From Promethearchaeia archaeon (lineage in GTDB: Archaea > Asgardarchaeota > Lokiarchaeia > Sigyniarchaeales > SOKP01), in the NCBI GenBank assembly GCA_046483985.1, contig JAWOCD010000064.1:1-16693 (forward strand): DNA of 16,693 nt, given 5' to 3'. This document shows positions 7,278-14,900 of the stretch, piece after piece. The position numbers and the translations under genes were made by a program. The number at the start of each line of letters is the position of its first letter. The stretch's first letter is position 1. The notes under the pieces are model-generated. The model saw only the letters and a program-made list of their open reading frames with translations, did no database searches and was not told the DNA's origin.

Positions 7278-8360
7278 CTACTCTTGGGCTTTAATTTCTT
7301 CCAAATTTTCTTCTGGCTTCGCTGCTTCGATTCCTTGTTTTCTTAAATCCTCTATTCTTAACTTAATTTTATGGATCAGTTCCATTTTAGGCTCGAAAAC
7401 CTCAAACTCATTTACGCTTTCCTCCTCTTTTAAATTAACCCCTTCTTTTGCTCTTTCTAAACAATATAAAGAATAATCCAATTGATTTGATTTCTCGTAA
7501 TAGTTGGCAAAATTGGTCCAGACTATGATCAAATGGTAATCATTATTTGCAACGGCTAATGCTTCTTTTAAACACATTTTTGCCGAATTCAGTTTATTTA
7601 CTCTAAAATACGCATCAGCTAAGTTGATCCAAAACGATGAGTTATCGGGTTCGAGTTTGATTGCCTCTTTAAAACTGTCGATGGCATCTTGTATATTTAT
7701 CTCATACAGATTCAATAGTCCCAATAAATTATAAAGATAGGGTTTCTTTATAAATTGAAGTGCCTCGGTTAATACATCAATTCCCCTTTTATAGTTATTG
7801 CTTTTAAAGTAGGCTAACCCTAATTTATACCATGCCAACCCATGCCGTGGCTTATTTTCGACCACTTTTTTCAATAACTCTTTAGCGGTTTTATATTCGT
7901 CTTTATTTAAACAAATTGACCCCTGCAAATAATGGGCAACAGCATTTGAAGGATCTATGGACAAAGCAGATTCTACTAATTCTAATGCGATCTCCTCCTG
8001 TTCATTTTGGAAAATTAAAGCCAAATTAAGTAAAGAATAAAGGTCCTTCGGATCCCGTTCGATCGTTTCGGTCAAATATTTCTTGGCGCATGATTTCATT
8101 TTTTTGATGGTACATATTTCCCCTAATTTTCGATATGCAAACCAATTTTCGGGATTTAGTTCTATTGCGGTCTTGAAATATTCCGATGCGGTCTTATACT
8201 CTTCTTGCAGAAAATAGGTTATGCCGATATAGTTAGGGTAAAGAGTATTATCCTTTTCTTTTTTGTGGAGCTTCTTAAAATGATCTAATGCTTCATCATA
8301 TTTTTCTTCTAGGATTAAATTCTTTCCATGCTCTATGTCTTCCGTATTAAATTTATCCAT
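7278..8360 (-). CDS. Tetratricopeptide repeat (TPR) protein (360 aa, about 8-9 repeats)
   Basis: 34-residue periodic TPR consensus: YIGITYFLQEEYKTASEYFKTAIELNPEN, AHYLQGSICLNKDEYKTAKELLKKVVENKP, AWYKLGLAYFKSNNYKRGIDVLTEAL, DAIDSFKEAIKLEPDNSSFWINLADAY. No TM segment or enzymatic domain. Confidence 0.93.
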   Translation of the reverse strand: MDKFNTEDIEHGKNLILEEKYDEALDHFKKLHKKEKDNTLYPNYIGITYFLQEEYKTASEYFKTAIELNPENWFAYRKLGEICTIKKMKSCAKKYLTETIERDPKDLYSLLNLALIFQNEQEEIALELVESALSIDPSNAVAHYLQGSICLNKDEYKTAKELLKKVVENKPRHGLAWYKLGLAYFKSNNYKRGIDVLTEALQFIKKPYLYNLLGLLNLYEINIQDAIDSFKEAIKLEPDNSSFWINLADAYFRVNKLNSAKMCLKEALAVANNDYHLIIVWTNFANYYEKSNQLDYSLYCLERAKEGVNLKEEESVNEFEVFEPKMELIHKIKLRIEDLRKQGIEAAKPEENLEEIKAQE

Positions 8361-8382
8361 AGGTATTAAATGGTGCTATATG

Positions 8383-8397
8383 TTAATATATTTTTTT
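8383..8397 (-). promoter_or_regulatory. Putative BRE-TATA promoter of the TPR gene (near-leaderless)
   Basis: The - strand reads aaaaaaa-TATATTAA, with the TATA box 23-30 nt upstream of ATG 8360, typical archaeal spacing. Confidence 0.5.
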
Positions 8398-8558
8398 GTT
8401 TAATTTTTACTTTCGAAACTGCGAAACCTATTTTTTGCTTTTAATTCATTATGGACGAATTTTATACGTAGTTCTTCGGAGATGGTCCTATTTCTGTTCT
8501 CTCTTATTGATTTAAGCTTGAGATGATAAGTTTAAGTTCATGAATCAAATTAATTTTT

Positions 8559-11500
8559 TTAATTAGTTTGTTCGTTCATCCGCTTGCCCTGTTTTTCCTT
8601 TTCATTAAACTTCTTTTTTTCGTAATCAGATGGTTTTCGTAGAAAAAGCCAGAAATACGAAATAATGACAATAGTTGAGATAGACAATGATGTTATGATG
8701 AATAAGAATATCGTGGTAAAATCGTCAGGTTTTATCTCTTTCCGTATTTCTAAGGTTAATTCTTCTGAAAGGCTACTATTTCCATACTCTCCTATTGATT
8801 TGACTCTAAGATAATAATTCCCTTGACTCAAGTTAGATAACGAAAATTCATTTGTCATAACCTCATATATCTTTATATTATCCTTCTCCGAAACATTAAA
8901 ACCCGTTTTAGTTGAAAGATAAATCTTATAGGAAATCGCATATAAAATGTTCTCCCATGATAATATATTTTCTGGATCAAATCTCATACTTGTAGACTCG
9001 AAATATGGCGCTATGGGGATATACCTTATCTGAGTATATACATTATTGGAAATTGTAGAATTCTTAGAATAATTGCTCGCTATTATTGCATAGTAATATG
9101 TTTCACCTTGTGCAAAGTCTGAAGAATCTGTATAACTGCTCGTGGAAGTGTTGCCTAATACAGATACAGAAGGATGAGTATAATTCTCCTTCGTAATTTC
9201 ATCGGTTGCGCGTAATACATAATAGGTTTTAGCACCGTTATGGGATTCCCACATTAAATTTACAGTACCTCCATAGTTTGGGGATTCTATATCGTAGAGA
9301 TGCGGTTTACTTGAAAAATTAACCGAGTAACTCAAAATAACTTTATGAACGCTCGAATTATATATCGCTATTTCGAAGAGACCTTGATCTTTTCCATTAT
9401 TAATGGGCACCTTGATCCCTCCATTATGCACCTTTATTTGGGTTCCAGGGATATTCGGCGCTTGATCCTCCACTTTGACCTCTCCTTTAGTGGTAATAAC
9501 AGTAAAGAGAGTTCCGTTCGGAATTTGATCGCCGGTTACATTCCTTAATTCATCATATGACAACTCAAATTCTATGTCCTTGAAATTAAATTCGCTGACA
9601 TTGGATCGAAGTTCATATTTTTTATTAAATTCCCCGGTTCTCATCCAATAATAAAAAAAGTCATTAAAATAATGCGAATCATCGAAATAGGTATTTATGA
9701 AATAATTTAAAATTCCAGCCCCTAATATTTTTGAAGTATAGCCCAAAGTGCAATTTAATTCGGTAAAATAGGTCTCATTTTCTCCCATATTACCGCTGGT
9801 TCCGAATATGGTCCGATGATCTCCCCATGATGTGGAAGGATAACCTCCTAATTCTTTGGTAAAATCCGAAGTAGTATTGATAATTGCTGTCATGTAAGAA
9901 GAAAGATTGTAAAAGGAAGAATTGGCACCAATCAGTTTCGGAAAATAGATTTTATTGTTTTTATTATTATCAGAATCGCATACGATATATCGAACAAAAT
10001 CGATGCCGTATGAGGAAGATATGTTATTAATGGGGACATTCCTTTTAAGAGAATACTCTTCAAGAAATCCTGACATATAATCTTCTATCTCGAAGGAGGA
10101 ATAAGGGACATTGAAAAAAATCAATCTCGTGCCGTTTTCGGAAGAATGATTTAACAATTCGATCGTCTTTGGGGAATACTCTTCCAATGGATTTGCAATT
10201 ATAATATTGGAAAACTCGGAATAATTAAGCATTTTATGCGCAGCTTGCACATTAAATCCATGAGTATGCATTTGATATGCAAAAGCTAATAGACCATCAG
10301 GAGACGGATTAATTGCCCGGGAATAATTATTCTGTAAAAATAAGACCTTTTCCTCTAATCCTCCATCTTTTTCAAAAAAATATACGAGTACCGAAAACGT
10401 ACCGTTTAACGATGTTTTATTAAAAAAAAATTGAATATATCCGTCTGACTCAACAGACACATTCCATGTGGTTTTTCCGCTCGCATTTTCCTTAAACAAT
10501 GGGTCTACCTCACCCCCTTCAATTTGTGCAGTCACATTATATTCGTTGGAGAGGGAAAGGTTTAATGGGAACGTATCATTCTGTGCAGCAGTGAACAAGG
10601 TATATTCAGGCTCGATTTCTAACCCCTCTTCAACCTCCTCGCTCAAAGTGATATTGTAAAACCAATCCAAAACGTTTAAAAATAATTTAGAATTATTTCC
10701 GTAATTTATACCTGGGTAAGAGCTATTGAGGTTCCATAACCATTCGGTATCGGTGGCGCAAAACACCTTCCCGCCGTCTGGCTCTTCGTATCCTCCCATG
10801 ACTGTTGCGCTTTCATTTTCGTAAGAAACATTTGCAATGGAAAAGGCGTCATTATAGGTATTCAATTCGGCTACAGCCATCATACTAAGATTATTCAAGT
10901 TAAAATAATGTGATTCAAAAATAGGCCAATCACTCTCATCAAGTACATAATCATCTGAATTAAAAATATCGTCTGTAGTTAGCTCCATATCAAATTTTTC
11001 CAAAAGAGGGTTTTGAAATTCGCTGATATTAAACACATTATGCTCCCCCAAGATGATTAGATTCCCCCCTCTTTTTACAAATTCCTCTATTGCATCCAAT
11101 TCTTCCTCCGCATAGCTACCCCATTTAACTACGTTTAGAAAAAGGGTATCATTTTCGGTAAATGTGTCGATGTGATTTAAAAGTCCATCGGTTATGGTGG
11201 ACACCTCAAGAAAGTATCGTTGTAATAAGATATTTAACTCCGAATACCCCATATAGCCTGTATCCCACACAGAAAATAGCTGCTCGTGTGACATATCAAA
11301 AAAGATTCGCCTTCTCGACACATTTCTCGACAAAGGTGGTAAATCTCCTGTTATGGCCTCATCTTCTTTTATGTCCGTTGTTTCGTTTTCGGATAATACT
11401 TCGTTCTCCTGCAATTTATAACCTTCGTTTTCTGGAGTTATAGCATTGTTCGTTCTATAATTGTTATTTGAATTTATTTGATAAGAAACACCGGATTCGC

Positions 11501-11720
11501 TCATATGGGGGATTATTCCTACTGAAATCATTAACGGTATTAAAAAAAGGCGAGTTAATAAGATAAAATTCTTTTTTTCTGATCTCAATTTCATCCCCAT
11601 AAAATTCGAACGAGTCTTATAATAATCTAATTGTTTATACATCTCATTCCATAAAAAATTTTTCAACGTGGGGGAAAACTTATCTTTGGTTCCGAATATC
11701 CCAAATGAAAATATACTCAC
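8559..11720 (-). CDS. Type I membrane-anchored surface glycoprotein with two GIFT (GldG/IFT52, DUF4350/GATase-like) domains, Ig-like spacers and two FN3-like domains; true start may be ATG 11600 or 11594
   Basis: Signal-like KK-NFILLTRLFLIPLMISVGII. GIFT-like IFFDMSHEQ...GYSELNILL...YAEEELDAIEEFVKRGGNLIILGEH...NPLLEKF...NSKLFLNVLDW (~11313-10660) and a second diverged copy (~10350-9642). FN3-like VNLMWES...YYVLR...SYTD...GETYYYAIIASN and LSWE...YKIY...GNYYLRVKSIG. C-terminal TM (~8715-8640) with a Lys-rich tail. Dozens of N-x-S/T sequons. Confidence 0.85.
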   Translation of the reverse strand: MSIFSFGIFGTKDKFSPTLKNFLWNEMYKQLDYYKTRSNFMGMKLRSEKKNFILLTRLFLIPLMISVGIIPHMSESGVSYQINSNNNYRTNNAITPENEGYKLQENEVLSENETTDIKEDEAITGDLPPLSRNVSRRRIFFDMSHEQLFSVWDTGYMGYSELNILLQRYFLEVSTITDGLLNHIDTFTENDTLFLNVVKWGSYAEEELDAIEEFVKRGGNLIILGEHNVFNISEFQNPLLEKFDMELTTDDIFNSDDYVLDESDWPIFESHYFNLNNLSMMAVAELNTYNDAFSIANVSYENESATVMGGYEEPDGGKVFCATDTEWLWNLNSSYPGINYGNNSKLFLNVLDWFYNITLSEEVEEGLEIEPEYTLFTAAQNDTFPLNLSLSNEYNVTAQIEGGEVDPLFKENASGKTTWNVSVESDGYIQFFFNKTSLNGTFSVLVYFFEKDGGLEEKVLFLQNNYSRAINPSPDGLLAFAYQMHTHGFNVQAAHKMLNYSEFSNIIIANPLEEYSPKTIELLNHSSENGTRLIFFNVPYSSFEIEDYMSGFLEEYSLKRNVPINNISSSYGIDFVRYIVCDSDNNKNNKIYFPKLIGANSSFYNLSSYMTAIINTTSDFTKELGGYPSTSWGDHRTIFGTSGNMGENETYFTELNCTLGYTSKILGAGILNYFINTYFDDSHYFNDFFYYWMRTGEFNKKYELRSNVSEFNFKDIEFELSYDELRNVTGDQIPNGTLFTVITTKGEVKVEDQAPNIPGTQIKVHNGGIKVPINNGKDQGLFEIAIYNSSVHKVILSYSVNFSSKPHLYDIESPNYGGTVNLMWESHNGAKTYYVLRATDEITKENYTHPSVSVLGNTSTSSYTDSSDFAQGETYYYAIIASNYSKNSTISNNVYTQIRYIPIAPYFESTSMRFDPENILSWENILYAISYKIYLSTKTGFNVSEKDNIKIYEVMTNEFSLSNLSQGNYYLRVKSIGEYGNSSLSEELTLEIRKEIKPDDFTTIFLFIITSLSISTIVIISYFWLFLRKPSDYEKKKFNEKEKQGKRMNEQTN

Positions 11721-11882
11721 AAATTATATATATTTGTTTCTTATAATTATTAATTAAGTTATTTTAAGAACACCTTAGTAGAGTTGAAAAATGCTCAATA
11801 TATATCCGATGGATATTACTTTTATTAAAAAATTTATTACAAACGGGAATAGTTCCCAGTTCTTAAAATAACCAATATATTT

Positions 11883-11897
11883 AAAAAGTTTTAAATA
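11883..11897 (+). promoter_or_regulatory. Putative BRE-TATA promoter for the giant surface protein
   Basis: aaaaagt-TTTAAATA, ending 30 nt upstream of ATG 11927, inside an AT-rich divergent intergenic region. Confidence 0.5.
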
Positions 11898-11926
11898 CCT
11901 AAGAATATAAATAGGATAGAACAAAA

Positions 11927-14900
11927 ATGGAAAGAAATTTAACGCACACGCGAAAGCGCCAATTGGCTTTTTTATGTATTGGCGTTTTAGCGTTACAATT
12001 TGTAGTTTTTGGTTTACTTTTAAACAACGAAAATGCAATGACTACGATAGATAACGGGAATGAGAATAATGATAATGATGATTTGGGTAAGAACGAAGAA
12101 ATTCTTTCTGGAGAGGGGACCTTACCGAACATTACGCGGGAAGATGCACCCCTCATTTTAAAGAATGAGTCTAACCCAGATCTATGGGCTAAACTCCACG
12201 GATTATCCGTGGAGAACATACGAATTGCATATTTTACCGAAGGAAACGATTGGGAATTGGCTCCTTTCCAGTTGGATGAAAAGGGCTACTTGCGAACATT
12301 TAAATATGAGATGGCTTATGCCGCAGATGTGAGTACTAGTTGGACATTGGGGAGTCTTGATGATCTTGCCCTCAACAGTTGGGGGCACTATGAGGTGAGA
12401 CACGGATATGTCGGCAGACATATTGACGCGACTCCGGGTGATGCTCGGGAAGACCAACAACTGACGAAGACCGAGGCGGAACAATCCATCTATGACTACA
12501 GGGAAAATGAAACATATTTTGAAGATCCTTATCCGGAACCGAGTGAGGAAGAAGAATGGAACAGCACTATACATTCGGAAGATGACCCTCCCAAGTTGGA
12601 GCAATTAAATTATCGGATAGATTACGATGATGAGCTGGTCTTTCCCGCCAAAAACGGGAAAACAGTCGGCGAACATTCGTGGTGGAACTATGAGGAATTT
12701 CCCAATCGATATCGGGTGGAAATAACCGACCCCGTGGACGGCGGTCAGAGTTGGCTGTATATCTATTACAACGAAGAGGACACAAGTCGAGATCCAGAAT
12801 CGGGAAAATTCACTACCAATGCCCCGGAAAAAAGTTCTTACATCCCGCCGGGAGAAAAAAGCTATGTGGATTGGGACAAAGAGAACCTTCAGATCACTGC
12901 AGACACATACGAGCTGGGTTTTGATCCGGATAATTTAAACCTTCAGGAATCCTTAAGAATTAAAGAGTCGGGATTAGCGCCGAACGACCTTCTTACCACC
13001 AAGGATAAGCAGTATTTTTCGATTTGGTTTCATGCCTATATGAGCGAGTCCGGAGCAACCCTGGATGTGACCGATTCCACGGAGGTATGGAGGGACGGAG
13101 AATGGTATGAGGGAACGTATAACGACCAATATTCCGCACTGGGGTACGGCATCGCCATGGATCATTCGTGGGAAGATGCTACTTCGGGGGAACGTACCGC
13201 TCATCCCGATGATTATAATGACGGAAATGACCCGGTGACCCAAGGTTTATGTACTGAGGAGGAAACCAATACGGTGCAAGATGATGGGGATGATACCGGA
13301 GGTATTGACCCAGACCAGGATCAAGACGGCAACACGGCTGAAGATCTTCCGTTCGTTCGAGGCTGGTTTTACAATGCGAGTCGAGAGATCGAACGGGACG
13401 GCACCGGCAATATCAACAATCTTAACAGGGATGATTACTTGGTGCCGCGGCATGATTTAACCGCCCCGCAAGGGTATACGGGTACACACGAAGCCGCAAT
13501 CGATGGTCCAGTGAGAACTATTTTGGACAGGTTCACGGTACAGATGATTAATTTAGATGTAGGCGATCAAATAGGGTATGCGGAGTTATGGACTACAGAA
13601 ACGGAGACCTATAAGTTTTACGGAGATATGCTGGAACATGATCCCATGCAATTGAACTTGACAGAAATTGCCGGCGATGACGATTTGATAACCTTGTATC
13701 CCCATTATGCGTTTATCTTCGGTGAGCGATATAGTGATTTTGTTCGGCAAGATGCTGAAGCGGGAAACGCATTTACAGCATTGGGACGTGCTCCTTCTAA
13801 TGTTCCTGGCATAAAAGAAGATTATCAACAATGTGATGACGAGGGAAAAACTAAATGGACTAATGACTATGCAAATAATTATGAGACCAATTCACTTATA
13901 CTTACGCCCGATGGGCAAGGAGGCGATGATGTTTCGAGCCCAACTGTTGGAAGCTGGGATGATGACTACTACAATAATCCATCAGAGGGTCATTATGATG
14001 ATTCTACACCATTAGTACCGGATAATGCCTCAAATCCGTTAAGTGACTGGAAATATCTACACACCAGTTCTGGTGGGATGTGGTCCTATGTCCCGTACCA
14101 AGAGTGGTGGGCGATGTTCCAACAAGATGGAGGATATTTAAGTACCTATTGGGCCGATGAGGCTGATTATTCGGAATTATCGGTATTCGGACATCGCGGA
14201 GATACGATGGGGTCAACTGAAGAATTTGAGCGAAGATACGTATTCGGTAATTTCACCTATTGGGAAAGCTTACGGGAATACGCCAGAATGAAGGATGATA
14301 TCAACGAGAATGTTGAATATGTCGAAGAGGAGTGGCCGGGGGGCGTCATTTTCGAAGACTCCTCCGTGTACGTCAACGACGAACTCCAGTCGGAAACGGC
14401 ATATTTAAAAAACGGAGATGAGGTAAATATTTTAGTCGATCTATATTATAACGAGAGTTTAACTAAGGACCTTTTTACGGTTGATACGTCAAGTTTCAAC
14501 TCAAATAATGATTCTAAGGTGGAGGTATTTGATGAAAGCAGGGACATTTGGAATATTTCGTTTACCGTGGACTCAGACGAACCCGACCGCGTTCCTCCTT
14601 CATCTGGATACGCTGTGAATATTACGGTTGAGGTGGATCCCGAGGGATCTTATATCGAAGAGTTATATCTGGATAACGACCCACCGAACCCGCCCGATAC
14701 GTTTAATGGAGAACAACCTGCTGGGGTTGCACAAGTGGATCTTAACTGGAGCGGCGCCTCGGATAACGGGAAATTAGACTATTACGTGATCTATCGAAAC
14801 GGACAACCTGTCAAGACATTGGATGCTCCCGCCAGCGAATGGACGGACACCGATGTTACCGATGGAGAGACCTATACTTACTCTATCAGAGTGTACGATA

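Noticed and set aside
362-11443. Small ORFs nested in or antisense to the long genes (e.g. 362-712, 2959-3312, 3560-3847, 6345-6650, 11162-11443)
   Set aside because: Shadow frames of well-supported CDSs, with no recognisable motifs.
7278-11720. GIFT protein next to a TPR protein as a proto-IFT-B (IFT52 plus IFT88/IFT70) module
   Set aside because: The GIFT domains appear extracellular (signal, sequons, C-terminal TM) while the TPR protein is cytosolic and has its own promoter-like element. Both families are common, so adjacency is weak evidence.
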